Assembly (NCBI RefSeq): GCF_001949145.1
Contig: NW_019091358.1
Span: 217,984-281,983, forward strand
Direction: 5' to 3'
Length of the DNA stretch: 64,000 nucleotides
Source: Acanthaster planci
Lineage: Eukaryota
Under the pieces are notes generated by a model. It saw nothing but the letters and a program-made list of their open reading frames with translations. It made no database searches and had not been told where the DNA came from. A program made the position numbers and the translations under genes. Of this stretch, positions 37,628-49,300 are shown piece after piece; positions within the stretch are counted from its first letter, which is position 1; the number at the start of each line of letters is the position of its first letter.

Positions 37628-39642
37628 GCTGGCCTGACAGGAGACTCAGACTCTCCGGGTGGGGTCTGATGCCTTTCTGTGGCCTACTTTAGTTCTTTCA
37701 GTTGGCCAGTGGCTGCCCACCTCTTCTGATTAGGGCAATCTCGCTGGATGTGTCAAAATTCATGACATCCATAACACTCCACCTTTTGGTCTTTGCCATT
37801 GAGAAATGACATAGCTGTGGCTGGTCCCTGATCCCCCACAGGAGTCTAGGGAGGCTGATGCACAATTCTAATGTTCTCACCCCCTGGTTTCCCTCTCTTG
37901 TTGTGCACTTGAGAATCAAGAAATACTTCCATCTCGGTCGCAAGGGTGATTGTCTCTGTCAAGGTGATTGCCCTCATCGAAAAAAATGTAATGCTGCAAT
38001 TGGTCATTGTCAAAGGCATTGTGGAAAGCCTTCACAGCGAAGTCCTCACGAGCTGACACAGGTAGCTTTTGGCAATCTAGCATCGAATTGACTGCCCCAA
38101 ACTGCTCAGTGACCCGTTGTGGCCTCACATCCACATCAACAGTTGAGCCCGGTGCAGCGGAACCTTGGGCGAGTCCGAAACTGCTGTTCGAACGCCTCCC
38201 AAAGTCAAGGAATAGCCCTTCCATGTTTCTGGCATCATATCTGCCAGGGCCACTTGTGCTGTGCCACAAACATTACCTTTTCTGCTTCACTCCAATGATT
38301 TATTGCTGCAACACTTTCAAAGTAGATAAGGTAGTCAGACCACGAGGAGGTTTCGTCAAACTCATCTGGGAGCATGATTGGTTTCCGACCAACCATATCC
38401 TGGTGATTAGTCCGCAAAGCCTCATGCCAAAGTGTCAGCGGTAATGTACTCCTAGCACACCGGCCTATTGGCCGTACCTAGCCTATCCTGTCAACCTCTG
38501 TTTGTATCGTACTGCCGACTTGTGTAAGGAGCCGCTGGGCTCCATTCACTCCAGAGCGCTTCTATTGGCACCACACGATTGACTTGTGTAACAAGCTCCC
38601 GGGCACATTCACTCCCATGCAGTGCACCTCAATTGGCTGTGCACTTGCTTGAGGAGCAGCTTGGCTCCATTCACTCCCGCGTTGAGCACCTTTGTCAAAT
38701 TAATACATTCGCCCAGCTCCCACTTGAACTGGATATCAGGATTGAACATCGCAAAAGGCTGAATTGCAGGGTGTAATTGCTGCTGTCCCAATTGCCGAAT
38801 GGCAAGTAACTCAATTTGATTCCGAGTGGAATGGGGCAACCATGGCAGTGCCACCTGTGACTTTGGAAAATTCTCGGGTGAGCTCTGTCTGTTTATCGTT
38901 GGTGTAGGACTTGTGGGGCGTTTCCAGGTGAGGCCCTGCCCCGGCTGCTCTGACAGGCATGATTTGATGCCGTTCCGAATGTTCTGGCATGTCTGTCATG
39001 CTGCAGTCCACAGCGAGGGGTGCTCCCCAGAAAACCTTTGCTGTACTACATTGTTAATAAACTTGTAATTTGTCTCGCAGGGAAGCTCCGCCTCTGCTGC
39101 CCCATGAGGCACAGCGCGACATTGTTTTAAATGGAATGGTGTCTGTCATGCCATCGTCTGCAGCATAGAGGCATTCCAGATGCAGACCGTTACCAGGTCT
39201 ACCAGGACAACACTCGCGGATCGCTCCCACACTAGGTCCCGCCCCTACCGCATTGTTAGGCACAAACTGACTGCATTCTGAGTGAAACGGCTTGTCAGCG
39301 GTACCACCAACTACAGTATGGGGCATTTCCCATGGGGAACGGGCACACGTAGTCATGGTGTTGACCAGAACAAAATTAAAGTTAATTGTCTGCACTGGCC
39401 AACAGCAGTCATTTTAGTCCCGTCTGCATTTCCCTTACTACCAAATCTTCCCAACTCACCCTTGAAAAAAGGTTTCAAGTTCATCTAGTGTATGACTAGA
39501 TTTATTATGAATTCCATTAGGCTGGTCTACAGTCTGAGAGGCGCCAATCCCTCCCACATTCCTGCCGTGTGGAGAGTCAGATTAGCATCTAAAAATTCAC
39601 GACAAAATTCGAGCTGTAATTTCACCTGCTCTCTTCGTCAGC

Positions 39643-39660
39643 ATACCACCGCTGCCACCA
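39643..39660 (-). promoter_or_regulatory. Primer-binding site, tRNA-Leu type
   Basis: TGGTGGCAGCGGTGGTAT, one mismatch to the complement of the recalled tRNA-Leu 3' end (...AUCCCACCGCUGCCACCA). Confidence 0.85.
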
Positions 39661-39661
39661 T

Positions 39662-39868
39662 TGTAACGTTGACGGCCTCTACTGGGTCTCACCACGCTGA
39701 CAAAAGACACTGTGAAGCTTCCTCTCTGGTTTTTGTGGCTGTCGGCCGTTTATTAAAATTCCGACTCTCTTGTTTGACAGCAACTCCAAAAACAATGTGC
39801 TTCTGAAAACGCTACTGCACCAGCGCCGCGGCAACAGGTCTCTCGGGCTGACTGACGGGCCCACTACA
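39662..39868 (-). repeat. 5' LTR of Gypsy A
   Basis: On the minus strand it runs TGTAG...TTACA, 207 bp, with an internal AATAAA (tttatt on +, ~39749). It ends 1 nt before the PBS. Confidence 0.75.
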
Positions 39869-40149
39869 TGGCTCTACTGTGGACCCTTGCTTGCGCCCAA
39901 GCCAGTCATCCAGCACTTCAGTAGTTTTCACTATAAATTTCTCTCACCGGTGAACTGTTTGCCCACATCATCCTTTGACATGCAGGCCTCCCAACATTTG
40001 AAGTCCAAAATTCCTAATCATTTCAACAGCCCGCGAATTTCAAAATACGTAAGCAGTCGTGCGGCCCACATAATCGATGAAGTGCATATACACGTGTACG
40101 TATTTAAAAATGTAATGACAAATTTTGCAATACTTACAGAGACTAGTTT

Positions 40150-41700
40150 GGCCTGCTATGAGGAACCTCATCCTCTGTCAGTTTCCTCTGCTCTTGCAAA
40201 TCCCTGTAAGTTGCACTTTTACAATACTGAAGTAATCTATCTGAATGTGTCTGCTCATAGCACAATCTGCCACTGTTTGTTAGCTCTTGTACAGTTAGTC
40301 ACTTCCTGGGGAAGATCTTCCACCTGGTATGCTGGAAACTCATCTTCCAGCTTGTCCAGTTGCTCTCTTGATTGTAGGCCAAGACACTTGAATCGCTCTG
40401 CAAAAAACCTGACCTACTTGAAATCTACTTCCTCTCTTCTTATGTCTGCATTTTCAGCATTGATAATCATAGGATCTGCATAGGGAAATTTGGCTACCAC
40501 GTACTGAGCTGCCTTAGAGTAATACTTTCTGACTGAGAGGCCGAGTCTATCTTTCCCTCATTTTCTTTCAGGAATTCTGTAGTGGCAGTGCCAATGAACA
40601 AGTCCTCATCAGCCTTTTGATGCCGTGTACGTTGGTCAAAAGGCAGTTCAAACAAGCAGCCATTATACTCTCGTAGAGAATAAGGCTTAATGAAGCGAGT
40701 CAACAGGATCTTGAGTTGTTCAAATAATTCACTCCTCATGACATGGGTGCAAGGTTCATCCTTCTGCAAAACAAAATTTGCTAAACAAAGCTGCCTTTTT
40801 AAAAACAGGCAAGGATGCACTAAGGAATAAGCCGTACAACTTTTTGTTTGGATCCTGTAGAGATACCCGAGCTCATTGTGGTCTTGACAAGAGCTGAGAG
40901 TCAGTTTTCTTTCCTGCAGTTTCTTTATTACTTGTATTTTCCTTTTTGTTTGTGGCCGAATGCTTGTGTTTTGCAGATTCTATCTTGTTCTCCCCGGGTA
41001 TCTTTTTCTCAGGCATTTTCTTTTGCTAGAACAGGCATGCACCGAGATCAAATGTTTTTTGGGGGTAAGTCTTAACATCACTTCTTACAGATATATTCTT
41101 TGCAGTGTCTTTGCCCTTCTCATCAGCAGGCCTAACTCTGGGTATTTTTTCTTCTGGTACCAAGGTAGAGGGTCGCCCATGAAGTTTGTCTTGCTTGTTC
41201 TTTTCTGCAGGGGATGGACACACACCAGGACATTTTACTGTAGTATCTTTGCCCTTGTCATCAGCAGACCTCATCACTTTGGGTATTTTGTATTCAGGTG
41301 CCAACGTAGAGGACTGCCTATGAAGTTTGTCTGGCTTGTTTTTCTTTGCAAAGGATGGACTCACATCAGGACTCCTCACTTTTGCACATGGATCTTTGCC
41401 CTTCTCGACATCAGGCCTAATTCTGGGTATTTTCCTCTTTGGATCCACAGCAGATGACTCCTCATGAGGTTTATCTGGCTTACTTTTCTTTGCAGAAGAT
41501 GGACACACATCCGGACCACTCTTTCTTTTTGAGCTACCTTTTGGCTTTTCAGTCCTTTTTCACTTCATCTGTGAAATATGCCAGCAAAGCAGGCCACTGT
41601 TGCAAAAGTCTATCTGTACACAATCCTGTGGGGATACGGATTTTCTTTTGGTTGGCTTTGTCTCCTGGATACAGATTTCTATTTAACTTGACCTTATTTG
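40150..41700 (-). pseudogene. hAT-superfamily transposase relic (C-terminal half)
   Basis: Fragments in order: DRLLQQWPALLAYF (~41570-41615); LFLKRQL..ANFVLQKDEP..H....EL..QLKILLTRFIKP...QKADEDLFIGTAT; KFPYADP...LDKLEDEFPAYQVEDLP. These are motifs of invertebrate hAT/ZBED-like transposases. Confidence 0.7.
41095..41515 (-). repeat. Coding-frame tandem repeat, 3 x ~140 nt, inside the hAT relic
   Basis: Units translate as CPSSAKKSKPDKPHEESSAVDPKRKIPRIRPDVEKGKD / SPSFAKKNKPDKLHRQSSTLAPEYKIPKVMRSADDKGKD / CPSPAEKNKQDKLHGRPSTLVPEEKIPRVRPADEKGKD. Confidence 0.85.
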
Positions 41701-41997
41701 CATGAAGCCTGACCCCGTATTCACATCTAGATTAGTTTAGTGTGCACGCACACGGCCGCCATTTTCCCAGCACCACTTGACGTCAATTTTGCTGTGTTTG
41801 TGGCCAGTTTGTCGGCACACAACTGTCTGAAATGTAAGGCGTCCTTATTGGGGCTTGTCTCCAGAACCCGTGGTTAGTGATTTTCATTTTATTTTGCGTG
41901 TAACTCTTTGGGAGAGTTGTACATGTATACTTTTACTGAAACTTTGGGAAATCTGATTGTGTAGCGTTGTCATAGTAGACACCGCTTGTGTAAATAC

Positions 41998-43312
41998 TGT
42001 GACGTGACAGAGGGCGCTAGTCACTAGGCGCGGTGCAAAATTATAGATGGCGCTCTGCCTAGTAACAGAGGCAGTGTGTTAGCTGTGTGTTAAGCGAGCG
42101 CGGCGCATAGGCTCCGCCTTGTACGTTGTGCGATAGGGCAGCGGAAGTCACTGCTTGGTCACGTGAGCGCGGGCGTGGTCACAGCAACGCGAAAGCTATA
42201 AAACGCGCGCGCAGGCTAGGCCTAGTCGTCCTGATCAAGGGCTGATCCTGAGGTAAGGGTCGAGAATCCTGTGCAAGGGTAAAAGTCACCTAGCTTGGTG
42301 TGACTGTGCCTAAGTCCGAGTGGTGCGTGTGTTGTTGAGGGGTTAATTGGTGGTGCGGTATAGTTCCTGATAGGAGCTTGCGGTCGATGCAAGGGCGGAT
42401 TGCTATCTCGTGACGTGAGTTGCGTGTAGCACAGCCCTGACAATCAGCCCCGTAGACTTGCTAAAGTCCCTGATTCGGCACTGGATGCCCACAATTATTT
42501 GTGGTGTTCGCTGCTCTGGGCGAAGTCCGGTCACGTATAATTACACAGTCTCCCCGTCAATAGCGCCCTCTACTGGTGTATTGGTTGAGTGTGTTGATAA
42601 ACACCAGCCGCTTATTAATTGTTGCATATAAGTCAGGTGTCCAGGCGAAGTTTATTTCAAATCAGGTCTGTCTGGGTTACGTCATTAAGTTTCGACCAAT
42701 CAGATTAGCCATCATCTCGACAAAGACCAACGTTCTTGGGGGACAGTATACTTCGGTCCCAACGGACTCGTCCCTAGCCGCTCGGGGACTCTCCGGCGTG
42801 CCGTCCGACGCCCCGTGCCTCGAGGAGGAGGGCGCCCTCGCCTACGTCTGAGGGGCGCGGCGTCACAATACCTTGCTGTATTGTAGATGTACACATGAAC
42901 AGCATATGTGCGCACGATACCTGTAAAGGGTACGACGGTCATCTTTGCTGTGTGCGCACACCTTTTTCAATAATTATGGGGTTTCCTTATTTTTCTCTAT
43001 TTATTACAGGCACAATAAACATGTACATGCAGTAGGAGTCATCCGGTCCCAATACCTGGCGATATTTTTGGTTTGGAATCTTTGTTGGGATCTTTGTGAG
43101 GTTTTTCTTCTTGGAGTTACCTCAACCCGCTTATAATTCTACTTCATGACTGTGATTTCTATGATTTCACCTTGATTTTGCCTTGATTGCTGAATAACCT
43201 TTAAGATTTTCTCTGATTGACCGAATCATTGCCTGGTCAACTCGTACATTCATCCCAATTAACTTTGGGGTCAGCCCTGCTGGCCGTGACACTGCAGTCC
43301 CATTTCACTACA
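41998..43312 (+). repeat. 5' LTR of Gypsy B (~1.3 kb)
   Basis: It runs TGTGA...CTACA, with TATAAAA at ~42198 and AATAAA at ~43014, and is followed by a PBS. Confidence 0.75.
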
Positions 43313-43318
43313 TAATTT

Positions 43319-43336
43319 TGGCGTCGAAGACAGGAT
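43319..43336 (+). promoter_or_regulatory. Primer-binding site (tRNA-Ser-like)
   Basis: TGGCGTCGAAGACAGGAT lies 6 nt after the LTR end and resembles the common TGGCGTCACGAACAGGAT PBS. Confidence 0.7.
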
Positions 43337-46300
43337 GGAGCGTACGATGGCCCACCACTACCAGACACAGTCTACATAAATATTCCCTTCACCGTGCTCA
43401 ACGTCCCCGGGTGCAACTGTCCAGTCCTACCAGTTCAGATGAGATGAGTCATCTCGGAGGTGTCAAGATCCTGGGTTAGTTCCACTTCTGATCTGGTGAG
43501 GAGACAGCCAAGTTGACTCTACACATCACCTGTTGCAGTCAGTGTTTTCTCTGTTTTTTATTTTTAACTTTGTGTCCCCTCCGCTGCACAGGACCGATTT
43601 TTTCATGTTCATGTTTAGACGCTGTCACATGAGTATTAGCTGAATTCACTGCACAGAGCCTACTTTTTACACCCATTGCACCAAGGTGATCGTTTTGAGA
43701 TCACTTCTGTTATAACCACAAAAATGTGACACCCCCAACACAATGAAACTACTCAGACAGCTGTCTACAGCTCAGAGGCACATAAGAGAGACCGCCCATT
43801 GATATAAGACAGGCCCAGGCTTTCCAAGGCTTGCCCAGGCACTTTATTTGTCGATAACCCTTATCACCACGTGGTTTAGATATTTACATACAATCCCCAT
43901 GGGACGTGGCTGGAGGCGGGCTTTGGAAAAGAATGAAGCAGCTCAGGGGAAGTCCCCATGTTAAAGGTGACTAAACTAGGCTGTTCAGCATCTACAGAAA
44001 TGCAAATTGTCCGGAGGTTTTTGCATTTGGCCGAAATTTTTTTTAATTACGTAATTACAAAAGAGGGGATCATCATAGTAGCCATTCTGATCTGCGCAAG
44101 GTTAATTTTTTTGTGTGCATTGGCTCCCTTCATTCTTTCCAACTTGCACTATTCACATTTAAATTACACCTTGTAGCTCTTTTTGCATAGTCACTGGTCA
44201 CGAAGCATGGTTTTTGGTTACCATTCTTCCCATTTTTAATATTCTGTCATATTGTGTGCTCATTTTCTTTTCGATGATCACTGAAATTTTGGGCAGTCCA
44301 ACTAGCTTTTATGGCATACCTGTACATGTAGGTTGTTGTCCATTACACATGTAGCTGACAGTTCTAGGAGGTGTTATAGCCTACATTTTATGTAATGTAG
44401 CTTAGGTATTAGTCCATTTAAGGCTGTTTACTGCTGATTAAGTGTGGCAGCACTAAGACTGCAACCATGTTTATGCCTGAAATAATGGCAGAAGCGATTT
44501 CTAAATCGAATCAGGCATTGGCAGAGACTTTGGCCAATGCATTTTCAAACTTACGGTATCAGAGGGCTCCATCGGTCTAACTTGCTAAATTTAGTGGGCC
44601 TCCCTGTAAGTCAGGAGACCCATCTCTCAAGGAATGGCTAGATGACATAGAAACTTACGCACGACAGTTACGTCTTACTGGTGAACAAAAAGTGGCTGCC
44701 GTAATGGACCACCTTGTTGGTTCTGCTAGGGAAGAAGTCTTGTATTACCCTTTAAGTGAGAGGACCGATTTCACCAAGCTTTGTAAACTTTTGCGGTCCC
44801 GAATTGGCCCACCAGAGACAGTCCAGTCTTTAAATCACAGCTTCTACTCCAGACAGCAGCTAGAGGGCAAGAGCAAGGCCGATTTCAGTCGCACTGTTAC
44901 GCGGTTTTTGAGGCTGCCGCAACAGACCAGAATGAAAAGGCGGCTTTAAGCCAGCTAAAACAGGGGACCCTGAAAGAACAGTTTATTAGAGGCACTACAG
45001 ATCTATCTGTCCGCCGGGAAATAAGGCGGCTTGTGATGGACCATCCTACGATTTCATTCTTTGAGATACGCAATCTTGCTCTAAAGCTGTTTCGTGATGA
45101 TGGGTGGGGTGCCCCTACAAATAAACCTCCATCTGATCTGGTGCTCTCAGTAGAACACGCCCACTGTCACATGGATCGTGCAGCGAGTGCCGATCTGAAA
45201 ATGAGCAAGACGATATCGGACTTAGTAACAAGTATTGAAAAATTGGCACAGCAGCAGTCTCTTATGTCTGACCGATTAGATCAGCCGGCCTCAGAAGTTG
45301 CAGAGAGTAGGGCAAGTCCCAATAAAGCGGTACCTCGATGTTTATTCTGCAAAAGTTAGGCCATAAGCAAGAAAATTGCTTCAAGAGGCAGAAACAAGAG
45401 AAATATGAACCCAATCTAGATTCAAGCTCAAATAAGCGGACAGGGGCGGGAAATGTATTGCCTCCGCCATAGAGGGCGCTGTACCAGAAGGCAATTCGGA
45501 GCCCACCAATGAACCAATCAGTGATGGTGCTGTGCATCTGGACAAGGTGATTTCTGCTTCAGAAAAGAAAAAGCTTATTGCACGTAGTCCGACTGCGACT
45601 GTTGTCATAGCTGGGGTTCATGCAGCATGTGTTTTAGATACCGGGGCAGTCACATCATTGGTGTCTGCCCAGTTTTATCGCAACCACTTGGCAACCAAAG
45701 TTGAATCGTTACAGGAATTGGGCACATTTATAAAGCTTGTCGGTGTGAACGGCTTAGCCGTCCCTGTTGATGGCTATTTAGAGGCCCCTGTTGAAATATT
45801 TGGCCAACAGTTCTTCGGCAGTTTTTTGCTACTGAGTGATGAGGCGGCCAAGAATGATAAGTACTCGGTGTTACTTGGTTGTAATGTGTTGTGCGTTGTG
45901 TCTTCAAAGGTGAAAAGTACTGTAGATGGGAATCGGGAGTGTGACTTAGCTCTGCAGTGGTGTAATTCTGTAGAAGAAGTGGAGGTGACCCAACAGCCAT
46001 GCTCTAAAAAAGCAGAAATCCTGGAGGTTTTTGTACAGGAACCTGTGACAATACCCCCGTACTCTGTCCAACCAGTTGATTGCTATTTGGGCGGGTCTCA
46101 GGCAAATATAGAATGTAAGTCCATATTAGTACAGTCATCTCCCTCCAGTCCTGGAGTCCTGGGAATTCCACAGTCATCGATGGTATACATCAGACAGGCA
46201 CAATTCAGGTCTCTGTGCTCGTAGTAAATACTAGCCCGGGGCAAGTAAGAATTCCTGCACTCACTAGGGTCGCTGTGGTGCTAAAACTAAAACCTTGGGG

Positions 46301-49300
46301 CAAGGTTTTAGTTAGTCCTAGTAATGACACTTTTAAAATAGGTGTTCGTCAAGTAGTTGTTGATCCTGGGCCGGAAGATGAGTCCAATATTAGTTTGCAT
46401 AAGGACGATATGAAAGATGATTCTAACAAACCGAGGGAATTGTATACATTCCCAGATGGATCAACATATTTGTTACCTCAAGGTCTCAGCCTGGAAGAAC
46501 TGGACACTGCAGATGCTGTGTCTGTAGCTAGGCTAATACAGAGGCATGAAAGGGCTTTTTCAATGGGTCCATTTGATGTGGGTTATTGTGATTTGATTCC
46601 GCACCAAATCACATTGACTAATCAAAGGCCAGTCAATTTACGATATCGTAGGGTTATCTCTAGTCTGATTCAAGAGGTGAAGAAACTTTTGCAGGACCTA
46701 CTAGATAGGAACATTTTCAGGAAGTCTAGTAGTCCCTACGCCGGCCCTGTGGTTTTGGTCCGGAAGAAGAGTGGGCAACTGCATTTGTGCATCGATTATA
46801 GGTAGATAAATGCCAAAACAGTGAAAGATGCATTTCCCCTTCCCAGAATAGAAGAGATTTTGGAATCACTTGGAGTGCCTGCTTATTTTCTTCTCTGGAC
46901 CTGGCCCATGGCTATTTTTATGTAGCATTACACTCTGACTCCATACCCAAAACTGCCTTTCGTGTCCCCTGGGGATTATACGAGTTTCTGCGTATGCCTC
47001 AAGGACTGACCAACAGTCCAAGTACATTCCAGCGTGTGATGGAATTGATTTTGCTGACATGAATATGTCAGAATTGGTACTGTACCTGGACGATTTGCTT
47101 GTGTTTCATCCAACACGGATGAAAACCTGGACAGGCTAAATAAAGTCTTCGGTAGGTTAACTGATAACGGGTTGAAACTCAATGGCTCCAAATGTCAGTT
47201 GTTCAAGAGATCTGTATCTCATCTAGGCCACATTGTGAGTGATCAGGGAGTGTCTGTGGATCCTGGTAAAATACAGCATATCAGGGATTAGCCTGTTCCA
47301 ACCAGTGTTGAACGACTTCGGTCGTTCCTAGGACTTGCGTCCTATTATAGGTGATTTCGCAAGGATTTCTACCCTTTTGCATTCGCTGGTAGGTAAGGCT
47401 CTGTCAAAAGCAGGGAACCACAAGGGCCCCTCAGAACGGCCTAAGGAGGCTGATGAAGCTTTCACAGTTCTGAAGCAGGCGCTGTGCACTGCTCCCGTTC
47501 TGGTGTACCCGCGCTTTGACTGTGATTTTGTGGTTAAAATAGATGCTTCCCTAAGAGGACTTGGTGCATGCCTTTCGCAGTATGATGATAGTGGCCATTT
47601 GCACCGTGTGGCTTGTGCCAGTCGCAGTCTTAGGGGTGCCGAGAAGGGTTATTCTGACTCGTCCAGCTTCAAGTTGGAATATTTAGCCCTTAAGTGGGCA
47701 ATTTCTGAGAAATTTAAAGAGTATTTGTTGGGCAGGAGCACAAGTTTGGACTGACAATAACCTTCTAGCACACCTGCAGACTGCTAAACTAGGGGCCACA
47801 GAGGAGCGTTGGGTGTCCCAATTAACCCCTTTCAACCCCGATATCAAATATTAATCATGAAGCTCTAACAAATGCGCAGATGCGCTTAGTCACAATCCAC
47901 CTGAGCAAACAGTAGGTCAATATAGCTGAGGAGTTACAGTGTGTAACACAGGGGACACCCCTGCCTCATCGGTTAAATGCCACTAAAATGATACCTTTGC
48001 AGGTCTGTGAAGGCAAGGGGGGTGAAGAACCACCAGTTGTTGCATCTGCCGTACTGCCATCATACTCGCATTCAGATTTGGCTGTAATGCAAAAGGGGGA
48101 TGAGGCCCTTGTTGAGGTGTGGCGTCTCTGGGAATGTCATTGGGATCCAGGAATGGGTGGTCTGAGTCAAGGTCAAAGTACACCGGAAGTCAAAGGTCGG
48201 CTAAAATATTGGTCCCAATTTGTTGAACGACAAGGTGTGTTGTACAGAGCCATTGGTGATCCCGGTCCTGGGCGAGTGTTGCAGTTGCTTGTTCCAAAGC
48301 AACTGAAGACTGAAGTTGTGAAAGCTGCTCTTGATGGATGGGGGCACCAGGGCGTAGGGAGAACTTTCGGTTTGATCAAGGGTCGTTGTTTCTGGCCAGG
48401 TATGAATAATCATTCACAAGTGTTTCCAGTGTACAGTGACCAAGGTCCCTACACCAGTGCTTAGGCCTCCAATGCGCCACCTCTTGGCTTTTTGGCCCTT
48501 GCAACGCTTGGCTGTAGATTTTCTAAAATTGGATCGAGGTCATGGAAACATTGAAGATGTATTAGTCATGACCGATGCTTTTACCAAGTTCCCATTGGCT
48601 ACTCCATGTAGAGATCAGACAGCAAGGGTTGTAGCTCAGGTTCTCCATGACCAATGGTTTGTACATTTATACGGCATCCCTTCCCAGATCCATTCGGATC
48701 AAGGAAGAAATTTTGAAAGCAAATTAATACAGGAATTATGCAGCCTTTATGGGGTACACAAGACAAGAACCACCTCTCATCACCTGCAAGGCAATGGACA
48801 GACAGAGTGCTTTAACAAGATGCTCTGTAGCCTCATCAAATCCATCGAACTACAAAACCGCAGAGAATGGCCAAAATTTCTTCCACATTTGGTATTCATC
48901 TACAATAGTATGCCCCATAGCATAACTGGTTACACCCCTTATTGCCTTATGTTTGGTAGGGAACCGTCTATCCCGTTGGATCACTTGATTAGCAATGTGC
49001 ACAGCGGCACAGAGAAACAAAAGGCAGTATGATACAGGGGGTACGCGTGTGCTTCTCAAACAGTGTCAGTTCACTGACCGCCATAAGCTCAGTGACCACT
49101 ACCGTTCGGACCAGTATGTTGTTGTGAAACACAACCCAGAGGGCGATGTGTATGCAGTAAGGCCAATTAGTGGTGGTCCTTAAAAGTGGGCCAACAGAAA
49201 AATGCTCATAGCAGATCCTAGGGAAGAGTTACCAATGCCTAGAAATCCGTTGCTAGGTCTCCCTGCAGCCCATGATCCATGTGACAGTGGAAGCGAGACA

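Larger units (their letters stand above)
32730..39868 (-). mobile_element. Ty3/Gypsy LTR retrotransposon A, decayed
   Basis: Parts in order: 5' LTR and PBS; gag (MLPDEFDETSSWSDYLIYFESVAAINHW, 38417 down); protease CFLLDTGAAVS (~37520); RT (DAYPIPRIED, FSTLDLVSGYWQV, FGLCNAPAT); RNase H remnant (LSRAERNYSTT); integrase (IHTDQ, FHPQSDGMVERFN, KVVHFNRLKPY). Many stops and frameshifts; no clear 3' LTR. Confidence 0.92.

Noticed and set aside
39770..40483. 237-aa plus-strand ORF
   Set aside because: It overlaps an LTR, is antisense to the hAT relic, and has no protein-like motifs.
2330..41515. CRISPR-like or prokaryotic systems suggested by the tandem repeats
   Set aside because: The repeats are contiguous with no unique spacers, no cas genes are present, and the context is a spliced animal genome.
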